A DNA stretch of 64,000 bases from Candidatus Bathyarchaeia archaeon (GTDB lineage Archaea; Thermoproteota; Bathyarchaeia; Bathyarchaeales; Bathycorpusculaceae). Below are positions 8,802-19,137 of this stretch, one piece after another. A model generated the notes under the pieces. The model made no database searches. It worked only from the letters and a program-made list of their open reading frames with translations, and was not told where the DNA came from. The stretch lies in the NCBI GenBank assembly GCA_050012755.1, contig JBEKGO010000005.1, positions 12,543 to 76,542 on the forward strand. Direction: 5' to 3'. A program made the position numbers and the translations under genes. The first letter of the stretch is position 1. The number at the start of each line of letters is the position of its first letter.

Positions 8802-8948
8802 AGTAACTCTGTATGACTTATGGAACTAAATTGCTTAAAACACTTTTCAATTCTAACCTGCTGTTCAAATGAGGCATCATTAACGATAAGATATCATTAG
8901 ATAAATAAAAGAGTGAACTGGGAGTGAAATCTTTATCATAGCGTAGGA

Positions 8949-9155
8949 TCAAGTCGCTCCCGAAAACCTATGGCCGCATTCATGGCAGAGGTAACGCTGA
9001 ACCTTTCCTGTTCGGGTGTATCTCATTCCATCTTTGCAGTTTCTTTGACTGTTGCAATCTGTGCAGGTTACAACCTTTCGTCTGGATTCGCCGCTGAGAA
9101 TGTGTTCTGGGAAGATTTTGCCGGAGTCTGGGCAATTTACGATCTTGTGTTTCAA
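8949..9155 (-). CDS. Small zinc-ribbon protein (IS1 InsA-like / integrase N-terminal-like), paralog of 10299-10502
   Basis: CTDCNS...KDGMRY...VQRYLCHECGHRFS; first knuckle degenerate (CPDS). Confidence 0.6.
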   Translation of the reverse strand: MKHKIVNCPDSGKIFPEHILSGESRRKVVTCTDCNSQRNCKDGMRYTRTGKVQRYLCHECGHRFSGAT

Positions 9156-9328
9156 TTCTTATCGCTTCGGCTCTTTCGCCAAGCACGCTAAAAGAAAAGG
9201 GGGGGTTTTGCGGGAGATGTGTCCAGCCATCCTATATTAAGGATTTAATAAAGAGTTGATGAAGGACAGTAGCGTCCAACCTAAGCGAATTCAGGGTTAA
9301 TTACTCATGCACTAAATGTTTGCTTGAT

Positions 9329-9399
9329 AAAAAAAGGAAATTAGTTGCGGAGAAACCTACTGGGTGGTGATACCGCCTCTTTCTCTGGTGTTCGAATCC
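9329..9399 (+). repeat. Diverged direct-repeat copy of the att-proximal sequence, ending in a T-loop-like GTTCGAATCC
   Basis: aaaaaaagg...tgcggagaaacctac..ggtgata..ctttctctggtgttcgaatcc aligns with 10536-10609. Confidence 0.75.
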
Positions 9400-9538
9400 A
9401 ATCACCTTTGCAGAAGCACCTGGGATTTGATTTCCATTCTAGTCCTATTCGATCGCTTTCTCTTTATTTATAAGGAAGCTGGAAATGCATTGACAGGCCA
9501 TTTATAAAGCAACTGTCAATGGAGGCTCACTACTTGCC

Positions 9539-9946
9539 TTATTCTTGAAGAGAAACGAGCATTTGACTGACACTAACTATCTTAACTCCCCTAAAATTCT
9601 TCAGTGCTACCAGATGGCTATCTCCAGAAACAATAAAGTCAGCTTTTCCATCATAAGCCGTCTCAACAACCATATCATCTTTAGGATCCTCTTCAACCAA
9701 TTTGAGTTTCGAGACTACCTCCACCACTTCTGTTGCTTGCATCAGAGCGAAAATAATTCTGTGAATCTCATCCTCGTCAGTCCTAAATTTTGGCCTTCGA
9801 AGGACAGTGCCAAGCTCTCTTAGAAGCACGTCTGAGGTTACAATGCAGAATTCTTTCGAGATCCCTTTTCTTAAGAGTTCTCGCGGTTTGCCATCAGAGA
9901 TTATGGCGCTAACCAAAACGTTGGTGTCAAGCACGACTCGAAGCAT
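9539..9946 (-). CDS. vapC: PIN-domain toxin (VapC-like, COG1569 type)
   Basis: RVVLDTNVLVSA...DPKDDMVVETA...ADFIVSGDSHL. Confidence 0.9.
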   Translation of the reverse strand: MLRVVLDTNVLVSAIISDGKPRELLRKGISKEFCIVTSDVLLRELGTVLRRPKFRTDEDEIHRIIFALMQATEVVEVVSKLKLVEEDPKDDMVVETAYDGKADFIVSGDSHLVALKNFRGVKIVSVSQMLVSLQE

Positions 9947-9950
9947 TGGA

Positions 9951-10217
9951 TCATCTGTTTTCTTTTCTGGCTTCAGCTATTTCTTTTTGTATCTCTTTGT
10001 CAGATATTTTCAGCTGTTTTTGGTCCATCAACTTGAATAAGTCTTCCCATTCTTTCTTCAAGTCAGGAAGTTCTAGCTTTTTCATTATCACAGTGTCGCC
10101 TCTTCCGTAAACTAAAAACTTGGTTCTTGGTTTTATTCCAAGCTCCTTTCGTATCGACTGAGGGATGACGACTTGCCCTTTCTCGCTCATTGTAGTTACT
10201 TCAAGCTCTTCGGTCAT
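9951..10217 (-). CDS. AbrB/MazE-type antitoxin
   Basis: TTMSEKGQVVIPQSIRKELGIKP; directly upstream of the PIN gene. Confidence 0.9.
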   Translation of the reverse strand: MTEELEVTTMSEKGQVVIPQSIRKELGIKPRTKFLVYGRGDTVIMKKLELPDLKKEWEDLFKLMDQKQLKISDKEIQKEIAEARKENR

Positions 10218-10298
10218 TCTTATCAGTAAGAATATTTTACTTTCACACTATTAATGCTTTCCACATATAAGGTCCCTTAAGTTTTAAGGGGCTTCAAG

Positions 10299-10502
10299 TC
10301 ATGAAAACCTACGACCGCAGTCTCGGCAATAATAGCGCTGAAAGACTCCGGACGCCGTGTATCGTTTTGCGTCTTTTCGGTTCCTATCACTGCCGCATCG
10401 CGGGCACTTAACAATCGGCTTATCTGCTTGGCTGGTTTCATGCCAAAACTCTTTAGGCAATAACTTACCGCAATGAGGACAATTCATTACTTTTTGGTTC
10501 AT
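10299..10502 (-). CDS. Small double zinc-ribbon protein (IS1 InsA-like / integrase N-terminal-like)
   Basis: MNQKVMNCPHCGK...CPRCGSDRNRKDAKRY...FQRYYCRDCGRRFS; ATG 10502 has a GGAGA SD (ORF track extends to GTG 10595). Confidence 0.7.
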   Translation of the reverse strand: MNQKVMNCPHCGKLLPKEFWHETSQADKPIVKCPRCGSDRNRKDAKRYTASGVFQRYYCRDCGRRFS

Positions 10503-10602
10503 GTTTTTTTCTCCTGCCAAACTGTGTTCGAAGAGAAAAAAAAGGGAAAAGAAACTGCGAAGAAACGTATCGAGAGGTGATATCCCCACTTTCACTGGTG
10601 TC

Positions 10603-10623
10603 CGAATCCCTTCCCCGGCGCCA
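10603..10623 (+). other. attR-like displaced tRNA 3' end (most compatible with tRNA-Ser)
   Basis: CGAATCCCTTCCCCGGCGCCA = T-loop end, 3' T-stem, 3' acceptor strand, G73 and CCA. No pairing 5' half is present upstream. Confidence 0.65.
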
Positions 10624-11045
10624 CATTAAGACCAGATATATGTTGAAGGGCTAAAATTGAAAAAGCCAAGGGTTCTGCTAAGGTCCGGGGTTAAGTAACG
10701 TTTCACAGCTTGGACAGAAATGGAGGATTTTATGCCTGTTCAGCAGATACTATTTTTCCTCATCTTCTACATTCAAACTCCACTTTCTCCAACGTAGTTA
10801 CCGATTATTTTTAAAAAAATAAGTCGGAACAATTTAACTTTTGAGTAATTTCCGTCTTTTAAACCTGTGAGCTTAGGCTCGCCAAAAAACACAATATCTA
10901 ATGGAATGAAATTGCTTTTGCAACATTTTCATGTATAAAAACTTTAATAGCCGAGGTTGCCGAGGTTGGTGTAAAATAAGAACTCCCCATGACCTCCCTC
11001 CTCCGCCTCTCTCTGTCTCTCTAAGTCTATCCAAGATGATGTGTC

Positions 11046-11945
11046 TTGCCACTGTTTGAAACAAGAAAGAGCAATATACTTCAAGATGCTGTTGTCTTAG
11101 ATGCACAATCGGAGCCGCCGGGCGGAACACCTCTTTGCCGTGAAACGTATCTAGCTTCAATGGCTTCAAACATTTCCAGCATTTTCACTTCGGGCCGCGC
11201 CAGAAACCTCTTTGTTTGGGGACCCCCAGGGACAGGCAAAACAACAAGTATTCAATACTTACTGAAGGAAACGCAGCAGCACTCAAAAGATATTACTTGT
11301 CCAGTTGCCGCAGCCTATGTAAATGCGGGCAGAACCAGAAATCCATATTATACTTTACTTGAAATTCTTAAACAGCTTAATATTGAAGTACCAGAAATCG
11401 GATGGCAATTTTTTCGCCTTAAACAGGCTTTCGAGAGCACACTCAAAGAAAAACCCGTTTTAATAGCCATTGATGAAGTTGAAAGCATTCTCTTCAAAGA
11501 AAAAGAGCCTTTAATCTACTACTTGAATCGCCAGCCAAAAACAACACTAATTCTAATTAGCAACAAATTAAGTCAAGCGACTCAACTTCCGGAAAAATGC
11601 TTAAGCACATTACAACCGATGATGATCCTGTTTAATCCATACTCAGCATCAGAAGCATTCCAAATTCTGAAAGCTCGAGCTCAGCGGGCCTTTAAACCAA
11701 ACGTTATTTCGGATGAACTCCTATGCACTATTGCAAAAGCAACCGAGGACATGGCTGATATTCGGCTTGGCATGTCAATGTTACTCACAGCCGCCCAATC
11801 AGCCGAAACGAGCCAAAAAACCACAATCAATAATGAAGACGTTCAATTTGCCATAGAAAATGCGCAGAGAGTGAAAAGCCTCACAACAATTAATGATCTA
11901 AGCAAAAAAGTAAAGAAACATCTTGGCAAGACAATCGATTTCTGA
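11046..11945 (+). CDS. Orc1/Cdc6-like AAA+ ATPase lacking the C-terminal winged helix
   Basis: GPPGTGKT Walker A, LIAIDEVE Walker B, FNPYSASE...ILKAR, DIRLG sensor II; 299 aa. Confidence 0.85.
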   Translation: MPLFETRKSNILQDAVVLDAQSEPPGGTPLCRETYLASMASNISSIFTSGRARNLFVWGPPGTGKTTSIQYLLKETQQHSKDITCPVAAAYVNAGRTRNPYYTLLEILKQLNIEVPEIGWQFFRLKQAFESTLKEKPVLIAIDEVESILFKEKEPLIYYLNRQPKTTLILISNKLSQATQLPEKCLSTLQPMMILFNPYSASEAFQILKARAQRAFKPNVISDELLCTIAKATEDMADIRLGMSMLLTAAQSAETSQKTTINNEDVQFAIENAQRVKSLTTINDLSKKVKKHLGKTIDF

Positions 11946-12060
11946 AACGATAGCTTCAATGTGCTCAGCCTTCAGACCTTAATTAGGTTTGTGAGGTGCA
12001 GATTTGGGTTAATTTTATATCTAAATCAAAGAATATCAAGTCAAGAGTGGATTTAGCAAT

Positions 12061-12249
12061 ATGGAGAAGATTGCTGAAGGCATCAGTGACTTTGGTGATT
12101 TCAAAGCTATTTTGTTTAGCACATCCAATGGACGCCATTTTGTTCGATTTGAGCCCCTAAACAGTGCCGAAAAATCTTATGTTGAGTGGCTTGGCGGAGA
12201 CGAGTATTTAGAGTGGCTCAGATTGTGGGTTAAATGTTCTGCGATATAA
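12061..12249 (+). CDS. Small hypothetical protein
   Basis: 62 aa isolated ORF; no recognisable motif. Confidence 0.35.
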   Translation: MEKIAEGISDFGDFKAILFSTSNGRHFVRFEPLNSAEKSYVEWLGGDEYLEWLRLWVKCSAI

Positions 12250-12313
12250 CTATTTTTAGATTCTGCTGAAGAATAATAGCAAAAAATGAGTAAGCAATGT
12301 TCTTGGTGAGTGA

Positions 12314-14164
12314 CTATTCTGTCATGAAGGCTATGTCGTCCCATGGATGTCTGTAGAGGCCTTGCTTAAGCCGTTTTTGGTCTAGGAAGTGCGCAGTCAT
12401 ACCGATGGTTCTCCCCACTACGAATAGACCATTGAGAGCTCCCATCTGAATGTATTCGTCGGCTTCCTGCTTTGTCATCTCGTTTCTGAGCATATCAACA
12501 AAGCAAATCCCTATGCATCCGTCCACGTTCAGGATGAGATTATCTTTTTTAGCTGTTGTAACTTTTTCCACTTCAAGGGCATAATCCAGCAGCGGTGTAG
12601 CTTTGAAATGTTTCTTAGCGTATTCCTTCAAGATGGAAACTCGCATGTCAGGGTTGTTTATACTCTTTATCAAGTGTCCAATGCCTTGGATGTTTTCACC
12701 TTTCTGCTTCATCTCTTCAACAAATTGAACAGGGGTTAAGCCTCTGTCATATGCATCAGTAAACATTTGGGCTGCACCATCGATTGCGCCTCCAAACCTA
12801 GGTCCGATTGTAAGCATACCACTCGCAACCGAAGAAATCAGATCCTTCCCTGCTCTGGCAGCAACTATGGTATTATGAGCGCCCGACACTGCAGGTCCAT
12901 GGTCAGCAGTAACCATGATAGCCATTTCTATAAACTTGCTCGCGTACGTTGGAAACTGACGCTTAAACCAGAGAGTGCTGAGGACCCCACCGATTCCTAT
13001 GTCTTTTTTAAAGACCTCGGAAATGGGCATTTTGCCATAAAGCAGTTCTTCGCCACGGTCGTCTGAAATCGTGCATATAAAATTAGCGGGCTTCCTGATT
13101 AGCCCCTCTTTAAGCGCCTTAGCGTAGTCCATTGGGATTTTTGGCACTGGCGGCTCCGGCTTGGGCTTGATAACGCCCTTGCAAACCAGATTCTCATATG
13201 TTTCTCTTATTTTCTGGTCATAATCATCATATGAATTTGGAACGATAGCTCCAGCATTTCGCAATGCAGTGTTTTTTGCGTCTGCAGTTTCTACATCGCA
13301 GCCTGCTTTTGCGCCGGCATGGCCAAACTGCACTTCTGTTTTGAATGCTTTTGAGCATGTTCCGGTGACCCAAATCACCAATGGCTTGGTTATTTTTTTG
13401 TTTTTAATAGCTTCTGCAATTTCGTATTCAGCGGTACCGCCTACTTCACCTAAGCATACCAGCATTTTGATTTCTGGAATACACTCAAACCTAAGCAGAT
13501 GATCGAGAAGGGTAGAGGCAGGATAAGTGTCTCCACCAATAGCTATGCCTTCGTACAGACCATCCGTGTTTCTAGCGATGATGTTATATGCCTCGTTGCT
13601 TAGACCGCCCGATTTAGATACAAATCCTACGGAACCAGGTCTATGAAGTTTCGAGTCAACGATGTTTTCAATCGTGCCGCCAGCGTTGCCAATTTTGAAA
13701 CAACCAGCTTTTATTCCTCCCACAGTAGCGGGACCAATGATGACTTTTCCGAGAGCTTTGGCTTTAGCAGTGACCATTTTCATTCGCCGCTCAGGCACCC
13801 CTTCAGCTATTACTACAACCGTGCGTATCTGCGGTAGGGAAAGCGCTTCCTCAGTTGAAGATGCTGCTGACCTAAATGAAGCAAAATTTATTACAACATC
13901 AACGTTTGGATGCCTCTCGGTTGCCTTTGCGAAAGTCTTGTACATGGGTATTAGGATTTCTTTCTTGCCGAAGAAAAATTTTGAGAAGCTGTCTGAACCT
14001 GTAGGATTGATTATTGCTGCGACCGACGGGGTTTCGCGTCCTGCTACATAGTCGAAGTCTAGCATTCTCTGAGTTGCGGCTGCTTGGTTATTGTAAATGA
14101 ATGCTTGAGTATTTCTATCGAACAACTCGCAATTGGAAGTTTTGGTTGATTTTGTTTTTGCCAT
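12314..14164 (-). CDS. aclA: ATP citrate lyase subunit alpha (CoA-binding + citryl-CoA lyase)
   Basis: QFGHAGA phospho-His, [43 protein letters not shown]. Confidence 0.95.
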   Translation of the reverse strand: MAKTKSTKTSNCELFDRNTQAFIYNNQAAATQRMLDFDYVAGRETPSVAAIINPTGSDSFSKFFFGKKEILIPMYKTFAKATERHPNVDVVINFASFRSAASSTEEALSLPQIRTVVVIAEGVPERRMKMVTAKAKALGKVIIGPATVGGIKAGCFKIGNAGGTIENIVDSKLHRPGSVGFVSKSGGLSNEAYNIIARNTDGLYEGIAIGGDTYPASTLLDHLLRFECIPEIKMLVCLGEVGGTAEYEIAEAIKNKKITKPLVIWVTGTCSKAFKTEVQFGHAGAKAGCDVETADAKNTALRNAGAIVPNSYDDYDQKIRETYENLVCKGVIKPKPEPPVPKIPMDYAKALKEGLIRKPANFICTISDDRGEELLYGKMPISEVFKKDIGIGGVLSTLWFKRQFPTYASKFIEMAIMVTADHGPAVSGAHNTIVAARAGKDLISSVASGMLTIGPRFGGAIDGAAQMFTDAYDRGLTPVQFVEEMKQKGENIQGIGHLIKSINNPDMRVSILKEYAKKHFKATPLLDYALEVEKVTTAKKDNLILNVDGCIGICFVDMLRNEMTKQEADEYIQMGALNGLFVVGRTIGMTAHFLDQKRLKQGLYRHPWDDIAFMTE

Positions 14165-14165
14165 G

Positions 14166-15479
14166 TTATTTTCCGTCCTTCAAAGCCAATGAAACAATTT
14201 TGGTCATGTGAGTTTCTGGTCCATAGACTTCAATCGGCACACCTAGCTTCTCTCCGAGCTCTCTCATTTGACAGAGACCTTCCTTATAGTTTGGACCGCC
14301 TCTGCGAACGTAAATTTTGACTTTATTCTCTTGAAGATTTTTCTGGTACTCCTTAAGTGCTTTAATAATGCCTTTAAAAGTACTTGCGACGTCAGTGAAA
14401 TTTGCGATGCCGCCACCTATGATTAGAAACTTGCCCTTTGGATGCGGCTTTCTTGTCATGACATCAAGTATTGTTTTTGCGTAGAAGTAGGTGAATTCCT
14501 CGCTTGGGTCGCCAGAATATTCACCGTAGTTCGCCAATTCATGCATGAAGCCAAGGTCGGTAATTGTATCTGCATAAATGACTGAGGCACCGCCGCCTGC
14601 AACCATTGTCCATATTCGTCCTTCGGGATTAAGAACGGTTAACTTGAGCGAAGCTCCTGTCTTGGAATCTAATTCCTCGATGTAAGCTTCTTCTTTGGTC
14701 AGGATTCGACCGAAGGGTGCGGGAAACTCTATGTTGCCCCATTTTGCGCCGCTTTCAAACTCGGCAGTGCTATCGATTTTGGCTGCAAGATCCAATGGAA
14801 CAACGGAATCTTTTGTCACCACAATCGGATTCATTTCCAAATAAGTGAAGTTCAAGTCAGCATAGAATTTGAACAGGGCTTCTATGAAGCCAGAAATACG
14901 TTTTTTCCGATCAATGGGAACGGATGACAACAGTTTCTTCTCGATTTCCGCTACTTTTGGGAATGTACCAATCGGTACTTCTAATCGGACTGCCTTTGTG
15001 TCTACATCGCCGACATTCACGCCACCTTTAGGGTAGAACAGGATTGTGTCGCCGTCTTTAGTTGACATTATGGCTAGATAAGATTCATCAGATTCTTTGT
15101 GAGGTACCATCGGTTCGATGATAAAGTGGGTAAGTTGTCCAACAGTTCCTTTATCGGCGGGTTTTCCGTTGGCGTCAAACTTCCCATGAATCGTTATTGG
15201 TTTCTGGGATTTTTCCTCTATCCATGCTTTGGCTTGGTCGTAATTGGCGTTGAGTAAGACAAGGTTGTTCTTTCCTCTGCGCTTAATCAGCTGGTCAGGT
15301 TTGACAACCAATTTCTCGGTGGTTAGCCATTTGTGCTCTTTCGGCAGCTTCTTCATATCAGTACTGGGATCAACTGTGACAATCTTATCTGAAATGTCGT
15401 ATTTTCCTTCCGAGTAGTCATTGAACAAACGAGCGAGCATCCGTTTGCCGTCAGCTTCCCTAATCGCTTTGTGCGCCAT
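14166..15479 (-). CDS. aclB: ATP citrate lyase subunit beta (ATP-grasp + citrate binding)
   Basis: [59 protein letters not shown]. Confidence 0.95.
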   Translation of the reverse strand: MAHKAIREADGKRMLARLFNDYSEGKYDISDKIVTVDPSTDMKKLPKEHKWLTTEKLVVKPDQLIKRRGKNNLVLLNANYDQAKAWIEEKSQKPITIHGKFDANGKPADKGTVGQLTHFIIEPMVPHKESDESYLAIMSTKDGDTILFYPKGGVNVGDVDTKAVRLEVPIGTFPKVAEIEKKLLSSVPIDRKKRISGFIEALFKFYADLNFTYLEMNPIVVTKDSVVPLDLAAKIDSTAEFESGAKWGNIEFPAPFGRILTKEEAYIEELDSKTGASLKLTVLNPEGRIWTMVAGGGASVIYADTITDLGFMHELANYGEYSGDPSEEFTYFYAKTILDVMTRKPHPKGKFLIIGGGIANFTDVASTFKGIIKALKEYQKNLQENKVKIYVRRGGPNYKEGLCQMRELGEKLGVPIEVYGPETHMTKIVSLALKDGK

Positions 15480-15492
15480 TCATATCTACTCT

Positions 15493-16719
15493 CTATTGAA
15501 GCTTTTTCCTGAGTCTTTTTGCTACTTCAGCAATAAACTCTTCGGTGTCAACCTTTCTGTTCTTCGGGTCAGGTGCAGCAACAAGCATCAGGTCACCAGT
15601 CATTACTCCGCTTTCAACAGTTTCAAGAGCTGCTTCTTCGAGTTTCTTCGCGAAATCCGCAACTTCAGGTGTCTTGTCAAGCTCGCCTCTCTTTCTAAGG
15701 CAACCAGTCCAAGCGAATATCAAAGCCATTGAATTGCTTGAGGTCTTTTCGCCCCTGAGATATTTGTAGTAGTGTTTCTGAACTGTACCATGTGACGCTT
15801 CAAACTCGTAATATCCTTGGGGACTGACAAGGACGGAGGTCATCATTGCCAAGCTGCCGTAGGCTGAGCCTAACATGTCGCTCATGACGTCGCCGTCATA
15901 GTTCTTGCATGCCCATAGCAAACCGCCCTCTGTTTTCATTATTCGGGCAACTGCGTCATCGATGAGAGTGAAAAAGTAATCAAGCCCAGCTTCCTTGAAC
16001 TTGATTTCCCAGTTCTTCTTGTACTCTTCCTCGAAGATCTTTTTGAATTGTGCATCATATGTTTTAGAAATCGTGTCCTTAGCGCCAAACCAGAGGTGTA
16101 TCTTCTGGTCATAAGCGTAGGTAAAGCAAGCCTTCGCGAAGCTCTCTATTGACTTGTCGGTGTTGTGAATGCCTTGAATAACTCCTGGACCCTTGAAAGC
16201 CTGAATGGTTCCCCGCCAAAGCTCCTTCCCAGCGGTGTTCGTGAAAAGTATCTCGGCTTTTCCAGCTTCGGGAACTCTGTACTCACAATTCTTATACACA
16301 TCGCCGTAAGCGTGTCTGCCGATATGAATTGGTTTTTTCCAGGAAATGACAGACGGCGGAATGTTTTTCACTAAAATCGGTGCTCTGAAAACTGTGCCAT
16401 CCAAGGCGGCTCGGATGGTTCCGTTGGGGCTACTCCATTCTTTCTTGAGGTTGTATTCCTTAACGCGATCTTTGTTCGGTGTGATGGTGGCGCATTTTAC
16501 TCCGACACCGTATTTCTTTATGGCTTCTGCCGCCTCAAGAGTTATTCTGTCTTCAGTTTCATCCCTTTTCTTCAATTGAAGGTCATAATACGCAACACTC
16601 ATATCTACATAGGGCAAAAGTAGCTGGTCTTTGACCATTTGCCACATTACTCTAGCCATTTCGTCTCCGTCGATTTCAACAATTGGTGTCTTAATTTTTA
16701 TTTTGCTCAATCTAAGCAT
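15493..16719 (-). CDS. icd: Isocitrate dehydrogenase, homodimeric NADP-type (eukaryote-like subfamily)
   Basis: [49 protein letters not shown]. Confidence 0.95.
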   Translation of the reverse strand: MLRLSKIKIKTPIVEIDGDEMARVMWQMVKDQLLLPYVDMSVAYYDLQLKKRDETEDRITLEAAEAIKKYGVGVKCATITPNKDRVKEYNLKKEWSSPNGTIRAALDGTVFRAPILVKNIPPSVISWKKPIHIGRHAYGDVYKNCEYRVPEAGKAEILFTNTAGKELWRGTIQAFKGPGVIQGIHNTDKSIESFAKACFTYAYDQKIHLWFGAKDTISKTYDAQFKKIFEEEYKKNWEIKFKEAGLDYFFTLIDDAVARIMKTEGGLLWACKNYDGDVMSDMLGSAYGSLAMMTSVLVSPQGYYEFEASHGTVQKHYYKYLRGEKTSSNSMALIFAWTGCLRKRGELDKTPEVADFAKKLEEAALETVESGVMTGDLMLVAAPDPKNRKVDTEEFIAEVAKRLRKKLQ

Positions 16720-16725
16720 CCTCTT

Positions 16726-18663
16726 TCAATTTCCTTTAACTGTGTAGGGGAGCAGACCGCCAGCGAAAAGTATGTCTTTTTGTCTTTGAGAAAGGCTGTA
16801 TCCAAGCTCGATTTTGACGTCCTTTGTCTTGTCAATCAATATTACAGGCTCATTGTTCAACAATTTCTTTTTGATGTCTGGGATTTCAATTTCGTCGTCT
16901 TGTTCTATTTTGTCATAGTCAGCCAAATTCTTGAAAGAGAGCGGAATTATTCCAAAGTTCACGAGGTTAGCTGCGTGGATTCTTTCCACCGATTTGGCTA
17001 TGATTGCTTTCACTCCAAGGTACATTGGACACAGTGCAGCGTGTTCTCTGGAACTTCCTTGACCGTAAGACTCGCCAGCAACGATAACCGTCGCCAATCC
17101 TTGTTTTTTCGCTTCCATGGCTCTGGTGGGGAATTCTTTGTCAATCGGTTCGAAAACATATTTTGAATATTCTGGGACATTGGAGCGGTATTTGAGTCTG
17201 GCTCCTGCGGGCATTATGTGGTCTGTTGTGATTTTATCGCCGACCTTTATGCCGACAATGCCTTTTATTTGCTCAGCCATTTTGTCGTTGACCGGGGGCG
17301 TACCGATGTTTGGACCCCTAACAATCTCAACATTTCTGTCAGCCTTTTTTGGGAAAATAAACATAGAATCGTCTATGAAGAATTTTGTTGGCATGCTGAC
17401 TTTCGGGTAGTCTATGCCTGCTTTTCTTGGGTCAGTGAATTTCCCTGTGAGTGCTGCTACAGCTGCAACTTCTGGGCTCACAAGATAGACTTGTGCGTCT
17501 GCTGTGCCGCTTCTTCCTTCGAAGTTTCTATTGCTTGTCCTGAGTGAGACGCCTGTCGATTTGGGGCTCTGGCTGTTGCCAATGCAAAAGCCACATGTTG
17601 CTTCTAGTAGTCTAGCGCCAGAGTCTAGTAGGTCGCCTAGGTAACCGTCTTTTGTTGCCATCTGCAGAACTTGTCTTGAGCCTGGGGCAACTCCGAAGGA
17701 TACATCGGGGTGCACTTTTTTGCCCTTCATAATTTTGGCTACAGTTGCTATTTCTTTGTAAGAAGAATTGGTACAGGAACCAAGCATTACTTGATCCACT
17801 TTCAAATCCTTCAAGTCACTAACTCGAATTACGTTGCCTGGGCTGTGCGGCGCCGCTGCAAGAGGCTCCAACGTGCTAAGGTCAAGGTCCACGATTTTGT
17901 CATATTCTGCGTCATCGTCAGCTTTTAGTTCGACCCAATCAGCTTCTCTACCTTGTGCTTTAAGAAACTTTTTTGTCTCCTCATCTGAGGGGAATATTGA
18001 TGTTGTGACTCCCATTTCGGCACCCATGTTGGTTATTGTGGCTCTTTCTGGAACAGTTAGGCTTTTTACTCCTGGACCCGCGTACTCCATAACCACATCG
18101 ACGTTGCCTTTCACCGAGAACATCTCTAGCATCTTTAGAACGACGTCTTTGGCGGTGACCCAAGCCTTGAGGCTGCCTTTCAGGTTTATTTTGTAGACTT
18201 TTGGACAATTAAGATAGAATTCTCCTCCGCCCATTGCTACTGCAACGTCCAGTCCGCCGGCTCCGATGGCGATCATTCCGATGCCGCCGCCGGTAGGAGT
18301 GTGACTGTCGGAACCTAGAAGAGTTTTTCCCGGTTTACCGAATCGCTCCAGATGAACTTGATGGCAAATCCCATTTCCCGCTTTGGAGTAAATGATCCCG
18401 TACTTGGCAGCTACCGTTTGAAGGTATTTGTGGTCGTCAGCGTTCTCAAAACCTACCTGAATGGTATTGTGGTCGACGTAGCTCACGGAAAGCTCGGTTT
18501 TTACTTGCTTAAGGTCCATTGCTTCAAACTGTAAGTATGCCATTGTTCCTGTGGCGTCTTGAGTAAGGGTTTGGTCAATTTTTATGCCTATTTCATAGCC
18601 TGGTACGTATTCACCCGTTACAAGATGTTCTTCTAGTATTTTTCGAGTAAGGGATTTACCCAT
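16726..18663 (-). CDS. acn: Aconitate hydratase
   Basis: DQTLTQDATGT, GICHQV, GSDSHT, GSCTN and CGFCIG cluster ligands, NRNFEGR, GSSREHAA. Confidence 0.95.
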   Translation of the reverse strand: MGKSLTRKILEEHLVTGEYVPGYEIGIKIDQTLTQDATGTMAYLQFEAMDLKQVKTELSVSYVDHNTIQVGFENADDHKYLQTVAAKYGIIYSKAGNGICHQVHLERFGKPGKTLLGSDSHTPTGGGIGMIAIGAGGLDVAVAMGGGEFYLNCPKVYKINLKGSLKAWVTAKDVVLKMLEMFSVKGNVDVVMEYAGPGVKSLTVPERATITNMGAEMGVTTSIFPSDEETKKFLKAQGREADWVELKADDDAEYDKIVDLDLSTLEPLAAAPHSPGNVIRVSDLKDLKVDQVMLGSCTNSSYKEIATVAKIMKGKKVHPDVSFGVAPGSRQVLQMATKDGYLGDLLDSGARLLEATCGFCIGNSQSPKSTGVSLRTSNRNFEGRSGTADAQVYLVSPEVAAVAALTGKFTDPRKAGIDYPKVSMPTKFFIDDSMFIFPKKADRNVEIVRGPNIGTPPVNDKMAEQIKGIVGIKVGDKITTDHIMPAGARLKYRSNVPEYSKYVFEPIDKEFPTRAMEAKKQGLATVIVAGESYGQGSSREHAALCPMYLGVKAIIAKSVERIHAANLVNFGIIPLSFKNLADYDKIEQDDEIEIPDIKKKLLNNEPVILIDKTKDVKIELGYSLSQRQKDILFAGGLLPYTVKGN

Positions 18664-18890
18664 AAAGACTCATTCCTTTGGAAAGGTTTGTTTTTCTTTT
18701 ATGCATATAAAGGTTGTCAATTTATAAGACAACTATCAGAATTTAAGTATTTACTTAAACAAATTGTAGTAATTTCAATACTTTAAATTCAAGAGATATT
18801 GTAACTATTTTAATATGCGTATTTGGTATGAACTTTTTTTCTGTTGAAACGCATTCTTTGAAATTTTGCTTTGCTTCTGTTTCCACAGGT

Positions 18891-18960
18891 GTACGTGCTT
18901 GTACGTGCCTATACTTCCTTGTACTTGCTTGTACTTTGGTGTACTTCTGTGTACGTAACC
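18891..18960 (+). repeat. 10-bp-phased GTAC array (7 units)
   Basis: GTAC at 18891, 18901, (ATAC 18911), 18921, 18931, 18941, 18951. Confidence 0.9.
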
Positions 18961-18989
18961 TACAAACGTTACGAGTTTTAGAACAAAAA
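18956..18989 (+). repeat. Degenerate copy of the conserved anchor motif
   Basis: TAACCTACAAA-CGTTA-CGAGTTTTAGAAC-AAAAA; mostly transition differences from the consensus; followed by GGCAACCCAA as in the 31 kb copies. Confidence 0.65.
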
Positions 18990-19062
18990 GGCAACCCAAT
19001 GTACAGAGGACAAAGTCTTGTGCAGAAACCTTATAATAATCGCCCCGTTTTCGCGCATTTCC

Positions 19063-19136
19063 ACACAGAATTACACATATTAACACATTTTAACACAATT
19101 AGACACATTTCAGCTCAAATCCACACAAATAAACAC
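19063..19136 (+). repeat. 10-bp-phased ACAC array (8 positions)
   Basis: ACAC at 19063, 19073, 19083, 19093, 19103, (19113 degenerate), 19123, 19133. Confidence 0.9.
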
Positions 19137-19137
19137 G

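Larger units (their letters stand above)
1..10623. mobile_element. Right part of an integrated element / defence island ending at a tRNA-derived att site
   Basis: AT-rich; no housekeeping genes; RHH, AbrB, wHTH, TA and defence genes; terminates at tRNA 3'-end sequence 10603-10623. Left boundary lies outside the window. Confidence 0.7.

Noticed and set aside
10560-10623. Intact tRNA gene
   Set aside because: Only the 3' 21 nt are tRNA-like; the upstream sequence cannot form the T-stem, anticodon arm or acceptor stem.
11998-12025. Xer/dif site (TTATATCTAAA matches an archaeal dif arm)
   Set aside because: No matching left arm at the required 6-bp spacing; similar half-matches near 1071, 2520 and 7010 are also unconvincing.
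12314-18663. Proof of autotrophic reverse TCA cycle
   Set aside because: The other required reductive enzymes are not in the window; direction cannot be read from sequence.
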